In this document: in pieces, positions 37,240 through 45,547 of the stretch
Numbering within the stretch: the first letter of the stretch is position 1
Layout: the number at the start of each line of letters is the position of its first letter
Origin: Candidatus Kaiserbacteria bacterium
GTDB lineage: Bacteria; Patescibacteriota; Minisyncoccia; Phycocordibacterales; UBA2100
Reading direction: 5' to 3'
Length of the DNA: 64,000 bases
Assembly (NCBI GenBank): GCA_963767115.1
Contig: CAVYCR010000007.1
Span: forward strand, 21,863-85,862
Made by a program: the position numbers and the translations under genes
The notes under the pieces: generated by a model
The model's input: the letters and a program-made list of their open reading frames with translations, nothing else
Told to the model about the DNA's origin: nothing
Database searches by the model: none

Positions 37240-38229
37240 ATGCTTAACAACGAATTACATTTGAAAGAAAACATCTTCGCTACTCCCGATGCTGCTGCAA
37301 CGCGCGATGGATTTGGGAAGGGTTTGGTTGAAGCCGCGGAAGCCGATCCCAATGTCATTGCGCTCTCGGCAGATCTGACCGAATCTACTCGTGTTGAAGA
37401 ATTCAAAGCGAAGTTCCCGGCGCGTTTCGTCGAGGTCGGCGTTGCCGAACAAAATCTTGCGGCACTTGCAAGCGGGTTTGCCGCCTACGGCAAAGTCCCC
37501 TTCGTCACGAGCTATGCGGCGTTTAATCCCGGTCGCAACAACGAGCAAATTCGCACGACCATATCATTGAACCAGCAGCACGTAATTATTTGCGGCATGC
37601 ACGCGGGCGTCTCCGTCGGTCCCGATGGCGCGACGCACCAAGCGCTCGAAGACATGGCCCTTATGCGCGTGCAACCGCACATGACCGTCATCAGTCCGTG
37701 CGACAGCGAAGAGGCGCGCAAGGCGACGCTTGCAGCGGCAAAGTGGAATGGGCCAGTCTATATGCGCTTCGGGCGCGAGAAGACGCCGATCATGACTTCA
37801 CCGGAGACACCGTTTGAGATAGGGAAGGCGAATGTGATGTGGAAATCAGATAACCCGCAAGTAGCGCTCTTTGCCACAGGCGCCTTGTTGCATAATGCAT
37901 TACTTGCTGCAGAAGAATTAGAACAGGAGGGGATTCAAGCGACAGTGATCAACGTGCATACCATCAAGCCGCTCGATCGCGAGACAATTGTCGAAGAAGC
38001 GAAAAGGGCCGGGGCAGTCGTCTCCGTTGAGGAGCATCAGGTAGCGGGAGGGTTTGGCAGTGCGATCGCCGAGTTACTCTCCTCCGACTTCCCTGTCCCG
38101 ATCGAATTCATCGGCGTTCACGATCAATTCGGACAGTCAGGTACACCGAATGAACTCATCGAGCACTATGGTATGGGTGTGTCACATATCGTGGAAGCGG
38201 TGAAGAAAGTGATCGCGCGCAAGCGTTGA
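37240..38229 (+). CDS. Transketolase, C-terminal (pyrimidine-binding) subunit
   Basis: ATRDGFGKGLVEAAEADPNVIALSADLTESTRVEEFKAKFPARFVEVGVAEQNLAALASGFA...GATHQALEDMALMR is a typical split-transketolase C subunit. Confidence 0.9.
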   Translation: MLNNELHLKENIFATPDAAATRDGFGKGLVEAAEADPNVIALSADLTESTRVEEFKAKFPARFVEVGVAEQNLAALASGFAAYGKVPFVTSYAAFNPGRNNEQIRTTISLNQQHVIICGMHAGVSVGPDGATHQALEDMALMRVQPHMTVISPCDSEEARKATLAAAKWNGPVYMRFGREKTPIMTSPETPFEIGKANVMWKSDNPQVALFATGALLHNALLAAEELEQEGIQATVINVHTIKPLDRETIVEEAKRAGAVVSVEEHQVAGGFGSAIAELLSSDFPVPIEFIGVHDQFGQSGTPNELIEHYGMGVSHIVEAVKKVIARKR

Positions 38230-38230
38230 C

Positions 38231-38410
38231 ATGAAAGCGAATATCTTCAGGCAGAACGTGAATTTTTATATCTCGACCTGTTTCATTTTCGTATTTGGAC
38301 TTTTTATGACCGACAAAATCATCGACGCGCTCCAACTCTTGAACCCCAGTATGGATAATCCCATTGGAGAGAGTATCGCGGCGACCCAAACAGCATTGGA
38401 AGAGAATTAG
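38231..38410 (+). CDS. Unannotated 59-aa ORF, putative small membrane protein
   Basis: This ORF is below the 60-aa cutoff of the ORF track. The ATG lies 1 nt after the tkt stop codon. Sequence MKANIFRQNVNFYISTCFIFVFGLFMTDKIIDALQLLNPSMDNPIGESIAATQTALEEN has one hydrophobic helix. No homology support. Confidence 0.3.
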   Translation: MKANIFRQNVNFYISTCFIFVFGLFMTDKIIDALQLLNPSMDNPIGESIAATQTALEEN

Positions 38411-38425
38411 ACATACAAAATAAAA

Positions 38426-38448
38426 GGCCCGACGATATTCGTCGGGCC
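38426..38448 (-). terminator. Intrinsic terminator hairpin (ggcccgacg atatt cgtcgggcc) with a T-run on the minus strand
   Basis: Perfect 9-bp stem. On the minus strand it is followed by ttttattttgt, and it lies 6 nt after the stop codon of the minus mini-ORF 38455-38631. It may also serve the plus mini-ORF. Confidence 0.55.
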
Positions 38449-38454
38449 GAAGTC

Positions 38455-38631
38455 TCACCAGAGCCGCGGGAGATGAATGTGTTGTACCATGATTCGCACG
38501 GGCTCATCCAAGACCCAACACGGCTCCGGCGGGGTACAACCCCACTCGACTCCCAAAAACCTGATTACAACCATCCCAGCGTAGAAGGTAAACAATACGC
38601 CAAGGACGGTATGAACAGTGATGTCACGCAT
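38455..38631 (-). CDS. Unannotated 58-aa ORF, putative small membrane protein
   Basis: MRDITVHTVLGVLFTFYAGMVVIRFLGVEWGCTPPEPCWVLDEPVRIMVQHIHLPRLW has one clear TM helix. An AT-rich promoter region lies upstream and the terminator hairpin lies immediately downstream. It competes with the 66-aa plus ORF 38473-38673, which has neither feature. Confidence 0.35.
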   Translation of the reverse strand: MRDITVHTVLGVLFTFYAGMVVIRFLGVEWGCTPPEPCWVLDEPVRIMVQHIHLPRLW

Positions 38632-38781
38632 GTACGCTTACTCCAACGCATGCTTGCAACAAGCGAGCACTAACGTCATTATAATATATATTGTTATATA
38701 AGTCAATAGTATAAATATCATTATAATAAGCCATATATCGCACCATTATCCCCACATTCAGAAATAATTCATGATTGCTCG

Positions 38782-38790
38782 TGATAGCCT
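38782..38790 (+). promoter_or_regulatory. Extended -10 element TGaTAGCCT, 6 nt upstream of ATG 38797 (leaderless-type promoter)
   Basis: The sequence gTGaTAGCCTaatctcATG has the same architecture seen at 12 or more other starts in the window. Confidence 0.4.
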
Positions 38791-38796
38791 AATCTC

Positions 38797-41700
38797 ATGC
38801 AAAAGACATATTCATCTGGACGGTTTTTATCGGCGGCACTGCTTTTACTATCAATTACAATTACCACACCGGTGTTTTCCCAAGCTCAGTCAATCCCCGC
38901 TCCGATTTCTTCACCCTCGACATTTCATCTGCTCGATTATTTCTCTACGTTACTTTCCATGGGCTGCCTGTATGGTCCATCGTCAGCAAATATTCTGAGC
39001 GCCGTATGGCCTTACACTCTCCCGAACAACTCGACCTTTACCGTGATGGATAGTCCGAATGGGGCAAATGGCTCCTATGTTGCTAACGTTTCTGGAATGG
39101 AAAATTTCACCAATGAGAGCACTCTTCATCCGAGTAATCCATCAACAATGGCCGCACAATGGAGCATCCAGCCAGGCACGACCTATTATGCGACTGTGTA
39201 TGATGGAGGACTGAATTACACGACCCAGCCAAAGTCTTTCTCAATTCCGTCGTGCAGCGCACCCACATCTACCCCGACTCCAACTCCGACCCCCACTCCG
39301 ACTCCAGTTTGCCCTGCAGGAGATACTGGCACCTATCCCAATTGTGTTGCACCTATCACACAATGTCCGAGTGGCACGGTAGGTACCTATCCCAACTGCA
39401 CAACTCCCGTCTCTGTCTGTCCTACGGGAACAATCGGCACCTACCCCAATTGTGTTGCGCCGGTCACGACCCAAAATACTTCAACAGTTACAACTCCAAC
39501 ACCGAGTGCACCGGCAGCAACGCAAACTACGACCACTAACACAACTCCGACAACACATGCGCTCGATTCCTACACCCTTTCCTTTGGTGCAAGCTGTCTT
39601 TCAGCGCCCACTACGGGCAATGCCATAACCGTAACATTTCCCTACACCATGCCAAATAATTCTACGTTCAGGATCATGGATGACCCAAATGCGGCAAATG
39701 GGTATTATAGCGCTTGGGTCCCGGGGCTGAACATGTTCACCAATGCGATTAGCTTGAATCCAAGTAATTCTTCTCTGCCCGCACGATTCACGCTCCAGCC
39801 TGGCAAGACTTACTACACAGAGGCGTATGACGGCGCTCTCAATTACACAACCCAGCCCAAGCCATTCTCTATCCCGCAGTGCAGCGCGCCGACTGTTACC
39901 ACCACGACAACCCAGTCAACGACCGTACCAAGTTCGACTACCCAGACGACGACGGTAACTCCATCAACTCCCACTACGGCGATCACACCAACCAATACTT
40001 CAAGTGTTACTGCAACGACGCCCGCTGTCTCTCCGACGGTAGCGCCTGTCGTTCAACAGACGACAACAGTATCGACTTCGACCACCATTGAGAAAGAGCT
40101 TAATAATTTTTTCATCATTCCGAGCGTTTCGTGTCTCGCGCAGCCGACCACCAACAACGTTGTCTACGCCCTATGGCAGCCCGCTATGCCAAGCTATTCG
40201 GCAATGAACATCATGGACGATCCCAATGCGGCCAACGGCTACTATAACTTTGCAGTCGCTGGTCTGCGGATTAATTCGGGGCCAGATAATTTCCAACCGA
40301 GCAATTCTGCGACGATGCCAGCCCAGCTCTCCATACAGCCGGGCAAGACCTATTACGTCAATCTCTATGATGCGGCGCTCAACTACAGCACGACTCCGAA
40401 ATCGTTCACGATCCCAGCATGCAGTGCCACGCAGCCAACTATCACCGCCACGCCGGTCCAAGCCACTTCTTCTGTCGCCACGCCAAGCTCATCAGGCGCT
40501 ATACAGCAGATCACCATCCCCGCTTCAGCCGGCGGATTCATCCGTGTTGCGATGTCAGGCAACGGCGGACTCTTTGCGGCCATAGGAAATGACGGCAACA
40601 TCTACCTCTCGACCAACCAGGGTCAGACGTGGACGCAAAAGACCGGTTTCTCGGGCGTCGCGAGTTGGCAGGACATCGAAGTCTCGCAAGATGGCACCCA
40701 TATCATTGCATCAAAGACCAGTGCTCCATCGGTCTACATCTCAAGCGACGGCGGTGCCACCTGGCAGGTGCCACAAGCCCCGTTCACGAGCGCAATGGTC
40801 TATCCCGTTGCGCTTTCAGCAAACGGCTCGACAGAGCTTGCCTCAGCATTTTGGGGCAATACCTATCTATCGAAAGACGGCGGTGCCACCTGGCAGCAAC
40901 TCCAAATCGTCGACAATCAGATCCATGGTATCGCGGTGAGCCCCGATGGACAGACCATCGTCTTGAGCCGCGGCACCGCGATCAATCCGGTAATTGGCAA
41001 ACTTTCCTCGACCTTGGTCTCGCATGATGGCGGCACGACATGGCGCGTCGCCGATATGCCGCCGACCAACGCGCTCTCCGATCAAACGTTTGAGTATCCG
41101 TTGGTGAGTTCGAACGATCAGACGATACTCGGATGGGGTCGTGGCGGTATAACCGAGATTTCGTACGACGGCTCTCAAACGTGGGCCAATCTTTTGACGT
41201 CACAAGCACCTTCCCAGATTCGTGGTGCTAACGGCGGTGTCGCGGCGGATACCAAGCTTCAGACGATCATAACCGGACCGATCAATCAGCCCCCGTACAT
41301 TTCCTACGACGGCGGCTCTACTTGGGCGCCTATCACGGCGGTAGGTGTGCAAGCATGGGGGCTCGGCCCACTCGCCAGCGCCTTCTCGATGTCGAGTGAT
41401 GGTACGCTCGCGCTCGCGCTCTCACAAAACTCCGGGACTCCGCTCTACCTCATACACACGAACCAGATCAGTGTCTCAAGCGTAAGCACGGCATCATCCG
41501 GCGGGACAAGCGCGGGATGGAGCAGTTTTTTTCCTGAAGGCTCGAATTACATGTTCAACGCATCAGCGGTATCAGGAGACGGACACACGATGATGGTCGG
41601 CAGCGGAAGGACCGATACAAACAATCTCCTCTCGCATGACGGTGGCGTCACGTGGACGCATATCCAGCAGCTCTCGGGCACGGCGATCTATAGCATCGCG

Positions 41701-42570
41701 ATCTCTCAAAACGGCAACAGTATCATCGCTGGTCCGGAATTTAACGGCGAGACCGCAACCATACAGCTCGGTACTACGGAGCCGAGCTATCTGTATACCT
41801 CGACTGACAGTGGCAAGACGTGGACAGCGCACACCGCGCTTGGCAACCGCGAATGGCGTTCGGTGTGGGCCTCCTCTGACGGCACGAAGATGCTCGCGAC
41901 AGGCAATGCTTCTGCGGGCGTCGCAGGCTATCTCTTCGAATCAACCGACGGCGGCACGACATGGTACAAGCTCACGGGCGCTGGAGACCACTACTGGGGT
42001 TCGGTCACTGCAAGCGACGATGGCAAGAATATATACGCAGGAGGCGATAACGAGGTCTTCATCTCGCACGACGGCGGCACGACATGGTCCTCTTCAAACG
42101 TTCACAACGTTGCATTTCTTTCCTCAAGTGCTGATGGATCTTTGATCGCGGGCATTCCGGCGGGAATCAACGTCATCTATATCTCAAAGGATGGGGGTGC
42201 TACCTGGACACCCCACACTTTCGATCCGACCGTGAATCTCGTCACCGTTGCCGTCTCGAAGGATGGAAGTACGGTCTACACGGCTGACGCCAGATGGGGA
42301 AGTGTGTACCGATCGGCCGACGGCGGCACGACATGGACTGCAGATTCTGCGACCGCGGGCAAAGAGTGGCTCACTGTTTCAACATCCTACAACGGTTCTA
42401 TCGCGCTTGCAGGCTCGGCAGCTGGTGCGCTCTATCTATTCCATCAGAACTCGGTCACTGCATCCGCCGCCGCGGCCTCTGGGAGTACTGCCAATACCGC
42501 AAACGTGGCGAATGTAATCACCGCTGTGCAATCCATCGTGCAATATATTCAGCAATACTTCGGTAAATAG
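38797..42570 (+). CDS. Secreted BNR/Asp-box repeat beta-propeller protein with three N-terminal repeats of an unknown domain
   Basis: Signal peptide MQKTYSSGRFLSAALLLLSITITTPVFSQA. A roughly 120-aa domain occurs three times, each ending in ...YTTQPK(S/P)FSIP(S/Q)CSAPT or its variant YSTTPKSFTIPACSAT. PT-rich linkers separate them. There are 12 S-x-D-G-G-x-T-W Asp-boxes (STNQGQTW, SSDGGATW, SKDGGATW, SHDGGTTW and others). Confidence 0.85.
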   Translation: MQKTYSSGRFLSAALLLLSITITTPVFSQAQSIPAPISSPSTFHLLDYFSTLLSMGCLYGPSSANILSAVWPYTLPNNSTFTVMDSPNGANGSYVANVSGMENFTNESTLHPSNPSTMAAQWSIQPGTTYYATVYDGGLNYTTQPKSFSIPSCSAPTSTPTPTPTPTPTPVCPAGDTGTYPNCVAPITQCPSGTVGTYPNCTTPVSVCPTGTIGTYPNCVAPVTTQNTSTVTTPTPSAPAATQTTTTNTTPTTHALDSYTLSFGASCLSAPTTGNAITVTFPYTMPNNSTFRIMDDPNAANGYYSAWVPGLNMFTNAISLNPSNSSLPARFTLQPGKTYYTEAYDGALNYTTQPKPFSIPQCSAPTVTTTTTQSTTVPSSTTQTTTVTPSTPTTAITPTNTSSVTATTPAVSPTVAPVVQQTTTVSTSTTIEKELNNFFIIPSVSCLAQPTTNNVVYALWQPAMPSYSAMNIMDDPNAANGYYNFAVAGLRINSGPDNFQPSNSATMPAQLSIQPGKTYYVNLYDAALNYSTTPKSFTIPACSATQPTITATPVQATSSVATPSSSGAIQQITIPASAGGFIRVAMSGNGGLFAAIGNDGNIYLSTNQGQTWTQKTGFSGVASWQDIEVSQDGTHIIASKTSAPSVYISSDGGATWQVPQAPFTSAMVYPVALSANGSTELASAFWGNTYLSKDGGATWQQLQIVDNQIHGIAVSPDGQTIVLSRGTAINPVIGKLSSTLVSHDGGTTWRVADMPPTNALSDQTFEYPLVSSNDQTILGWGRGGITEISYDGSQTWANLLTSQAPSQIRGANGGVAADTKLQTIITGPINQPPYISYDGGSTWAPITAVGVQAWGLGPLASAFSMSSDGTLALALSQNSGTPLYLIHTNQISVSSVSTASSGGTSAGWSSFFPEGSNYMFNASAVSGDGHTMMVGSGRTDTNNLLSHDGGVTWTHIQQLSGTAIYSIAISQNGNSIIAGPEFNGETATIQLGTTEPSYLYTSTDSGKTWTAHTALGNREWRSVWASSDGTKMLATGNASAGVAGYLFESTDGGTTWYKLTGAGDHYWGSVTASDDGKNIYAGGDNEVFISHDGGTTWSSSNVHNVAFLSSSADGSLIAGIPAGINVIYISKDGGATWTPHTFDPTVNLVTVAVSKDGSTVYTADARWGSVYRSADGGTTWTADSATAGKEWLTVSTSYNGSIALAGSAAGALYLFHQNSVTASAAAASGSTANTANVANVITAVQSIVQYIQQYFGK

Positions 42571-42595
42571 CCCGTTGCGAGTCATTATATTGCAA

Positions 42596-42626
42596 GGACA
42601 AATCCCGCCAGTGGCGGGATTTGTCC
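42596..42626. terminator. Bidirectional terminator hairpin between convergent genes (ggacaaatcccgcc agt ggcgggatttgtcc)
   Basis: Perfect 14-bp stem with a 3-nt loop, located between stop codon 42570 (+) and stop codon 42656 (-). Confidence 0.6.
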
Positions 42627-42655
42627 TGGGCGAGCAAAAGCTGCACCTATGAATT

Positions 42656-43642
42656 CTAGAGTGATGTTGCAACAAAATCTGCCGGCTTTTTCGCGTACCA
42701 ACTCTCGATCTCATCAAGCGACAGGAGCTTGGTCTGCGCACCGACACCTTGCACCACTGATGCCGCGTTAATGACACCACGCATCAAGGCTTCGCCAGCG
42801 GGTAGTCCGCGCTCAATGAACGCAACAGTCGTCGAAGCAGTCGCGTCCCCCGCGCCCGTGCGTGATACCGGTGGGGCCGGATCTGGATACATTGGAATGT
42901 GCCACGCGCTGCCGTCTCGCTCGAGAATGTTTGATCCAGCGGGTCCGTCTGTAACGCAGACAATTTTCGGTCCGAGCGCACGAATCCCCTCCATAAGTTT
43001 TTTGACGTCGCTCTCGCTCGTGCCCAGAATCGTTTGTGCTTCTTCTTTGTTGCAGAAGAAAATCTCGGTGACAGCATAAATATCTTTCAATTCTTGTGCG
43101 CCCAGTTTGATCTGGAAGGTGCCCGGCTGGAAGACGAGCTTGGTTTCTGGATGTGCGGCGCAATAGGCTGCTACCTCGTGATGGAACGCAACGGAATTTT
43201 CCGCGATCGATGAGAAGTACAGATACTTCGGCGGCTCCGCAAATGCCGGCAGATGATAGGTGAAGCTCTCGTGCTTGATGAGGATCGTGCGCTCCGGCCC
43301 GTACATCAGCACATAATGATAATTGGTGTGCTTGCCAGCTTCGGTCGTCATGAATTCATCAGCGACACCTTGCGCGCGCAAGGCATCGAGCGTTTCTTTG
43401 CCGTGCGAGTCATCGCCCACCCATGCGACGAGCGCCGCATTGAGTCCGATGCGGTGCGCCGATACGGCGGCGTTGGCGGCATTGCCCACGGCGCGGATCT
43501 CGGTCACTTCTTCATAAGGCACCTTGTCGCCAAAACGCACGCACAGCTCGCGCACGCCATGATCCATGAGCTCCTCGGCATCTTTCAGTTTGATAAAAGC
43601 ATCGGTCGTAATGTCGCCAATCGCGACGAAATCATATTGCAT
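42656..43642 (-). CDS. PfkB-family carbohydrate kinase (ribokinase-like fold)
   Basis: MQYDFVAIGDITTDAFIKL...GNAANAAV...VTDGPAGS...TGAGDATASTTVAFI carries the PfkB signature motifs. Length is 328 aa. Confidence 0.85.
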   Translation of the reverse strand: MQYDFVAIGDITTDAFIKLKDAEELMDHGVRELCVRFGDKVPYEEVTEIRAVGNAANAAVSAHRIGLNAALVAWVGDDSHGKETLDALRAQGVADEFMTTEAGKHTNYHYVLMYGPERTILIKHESFTYHLPAFAEPPKYLYFSSIAENSVAFHHEVAAYCAAHPETKLVFQPGTFQIKLGAQELKDIYAVTEIFFCNKEEAQTILGTSESDVKKLMEGIRALGPKIVCVTDGPAGSNILERDGSAWHIPMYPDPAPPVSRTGAGDATASTTVAFIERGLPAGEALMRGVINAASVVQGVGAQTKLLSLDEIESWYAKKPADFVATSL

Positions 43643-43646
43643 GGCT

Positions 43647-43670
43647 GAAAGTATAGCATGCTATACTTTC
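43647..43670. promoter_or_regulatory. Perfect 24-bp palindrome carrying two divergent extended -10 boxes (TGCTATACT), each 7 nt from its ATG
   Basis: gaaagtatagcatgctatactttc equals its own reverse complement. The plus-strand TGCTATACT at 43659-43667 precedes ATG 43675 (fba). The minus-strand TGCTATACT (plus coordinates 43650-43658) precedes ATG 43642 (pfkB-family gene). No SD sequence is present on either side. Confidence 0.6.
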
Positions 43671-43674
43671 GTGT

Positions 43675-44541
43675 ATGCAAACACTCAAGGAAGCGGTACA
43701 AGCCGCGTGGGATAAAAAAATAGCGCTCGGACATTTTAATGTTTCAGACTCTAATCAGTTCAACGCGGTTCTCGCTGCTGCGGCTGCAGTGAATCAACCC
43801 GTCCTCGTCGGTGTCTCGGAAGGCGAGCGGAAGTTCTTCGGCGTACGCAACATCGCGGCTATGGTCGCCGCGGCGCGTGCGGCCGGCGTGCAGGTATACC
43901 TCAATGCTGATCACACCTACAGCCTCGACGGTTGCAAAGAGGTGATCGATGCCGGGTTTGATTCGGTGATATTCGACGGTAGTCATCTCCCGATGGAAGA
44001 AAATATTGCTACGACCAAGAGCGTCGTCGAATACGCGCGTGCCAAAAGTCATGAGTTGGGCCGTGAAGTCCTCGTCGAAGGCGAGATCGGACGCATCGGC
44101 ACTTCTTCGAAGCTTCTCACGGTACCGCCGGCGGATATGGATAAGGATCTTACGACGACCGAAGAGGCAGTGATGTTCGTCCAAGGCTCGGGAGTCGATA
44201 TGCTAGCCCCGGCCGTCGGCACGATGCACGGGCGTCTCATCGGCGGCGGCGAGCCCAAGATCGATCTGCAGCGGATTGCGGATATCCGCGCCGCTGTCGG
44301 CATCCCGCTCGTCTTGCATGGCGGCTCAGGCTCGTCGGACGAAGATTTGGCGGCGGTAGGGAAGCAGGGCTGCTCGATAGTCCACATCAATACCGACATC
44401 CGTGTCGCCTATCGCAAAGGCATCGAAGCCTCGCTCGCCGCTGACGAGAGCGAGATAGCGCCGTACAAATTCTTGGCAGGCGGAGTCGACGGAGTCGAAA
44501 AGATGACGGAGAAATACATACGGCTGTTTGCGGGAGTCTAA
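43675..44541 (+). CDS. fba: Class II fructose-bisphosphate aldolase family protein
   Basis: LKEAVQAAWDKKIALGHFNVSDSNQFNAVLAAAAAVNQPVLVGVSEGE...NADHT...DGS...LAPAVGTMHG...LVLHGGSG is typical of the class II FBA / tagatose-bisphosphate aldolase family. Confidence 0.9.
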   Translation: MQTLKEAVQAAWDKKIALGHFNVSDSNQFNAVLAAAAAVNQPVLVGVSEGERKFFGVRNIAAMVAAARAAGVQVYLNADHTYSLDGCKEVIDAGFDSVIFDGSHLPMEENIATTKSVVEYARAKSHELGREVLVEGEIGRIGTSSKLLTVPPADMDKDLTTTEEAVMFVQGSGVDMLAPAVGTMHGRLIGGGEPKIDLQRIADIRAAVGIPLVLHGGSGSSDEDLAAVGKQGCSIVHINTDIRVAYRKGIEASLAADESEIAPYKFLAGGVDGVEKMTEKYIRLFAGV

Positions 44542-44546
44542 GGCAA

Positions 44547-45545
44547 ATGATTTATTTCATTACCGGTTCCAGCGGAGTCGGCAAGTCTACTTTGGTGAAG
44601 GAATTAAAGGGCAGGTTACCCGATGGTTTTGCTGTATATGATTTTGACGAAGTCGGCGTTCCACTGGATGCTGATCAATCATGGAGATTAGAAACTACAA
44701 GAAAATGGATCAAAACTGCGAAGCAAAACAACCTTAAGAATATTTCTACTATCATTATTGGCCTCATCCATCCCGATGAAGTTAATGAAATCGCGGGAGT
44801 TGAAGATGTGAGCGTGAGTTATATCATGTTGGAAGTTGAAAACGGGGAACTTGAGAAAAGACTTTTGGCTTTTAGATTTTCGACGCCGGAGAGGATCGAA
44901 AATCTGAAAAAGTACGAGAAGGTTACTCCTGAGGAATTTTTTGAGAACAACAAAAGGCATGTCCAGAAGATAAAGGAGGAGGCATTGAGGCATGATGCTA
45001 TTTTCATAGATACAACGCATAAATCTCCAGAAAGTGTCGCCAAAATGGTCATCGATCATGTTCTCGGAGTTCCGGACATAGAAGCAGCTTTCAAATGGAT
45101 AGTCGGAATATTGCAGAAGCACCAAATTCCCTTTCAGATCTCGGGAGGATTTGCTGCACGGCTCTATGGCTCAACGAGAGAATTGGCTGACATCGATATT
45201 GCTATTTCGGATGTGCGGATGTCGGAATTAATTCCTGACGTCTCAGAATATATAAGCTTCGGTCCGGCACGGTATCTTGATGAGGAGTGGGATTTACAGT
45301 TGATAACGCTAAATTATAGGGAGCAAGAAATTGATATTGGAGGAATCGACAATATTAAGATTTTCGACAAAGAAACCAAATACTGGGTTTCAATGAGTCG
45401 AGATATTGCAGTTGTTGAAACAAAAGAAGTATATGGTATATCGGTACCTTTGATCCCAAAATCAACTTTGATAGCCTACAAGAAAAAACTTATGCGAGAC
45501 GTAGACAGGCTTGATATCTTAGCAATGGAAAATTCAGATAATTGA
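44547..45545 (+). CDS. Two-domain protein: P-loop kinase (chloramphenicol-phosphotransferase-like) fused to a minimal nucleotidyltransferase domain
   Basis: N-terminal domain: Walker A in MIYFITGSSGVGKSTLVKEL, then ...IFIDTTHKSPESVAKMVIDHV. C-terminal domain: FQISGGFAARLYGSTRELADIDIAI (G[GS]-x(9-13)-DxD NTase motif). The gene is visibly AT-richer than both neighbours. Confidence 0.6.
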   Translation: MIYFITGSSGVGKSTLVKELKGRLPDGFAVYDFDEVGVPLDADQSWRLETTRKWIKTAKQNNLKNISTIIIGLIHPDEVNEIAGVEDVSVSYIMLEVENGELEKRLLAFRFSTPERIENLKKYEKVTPEEFFENNKRHVQKIKEEALRHDAIFIDTTHKSPESVAKMVIDHVLGVPDIEAAFKWIVGILQKHQIPFQISGGFAARLYGSTRELADIDIAISDVRMSELIPDVSEYISFGPARYLDEEWDLQLITLNYREQEIDIGGIDNIKIFDKETKYWVSMSRDIAVVETKEVYGISVPLIPKSTLIAYKKKLMRDVDRLDILAMENSDN

Positions 45546-45547
45546 TT

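Noticed and set aside
38473-38673. 66-aa plus-strand ORF in the tkt/BNR intergenic region.
   Set aside because: It has no hydrophobic or recognisable features, no promoter or SD sequence, and no terminator. The opposite-strand 58-aa ORF fits the promoter and terminator layout better, although neither is proven.
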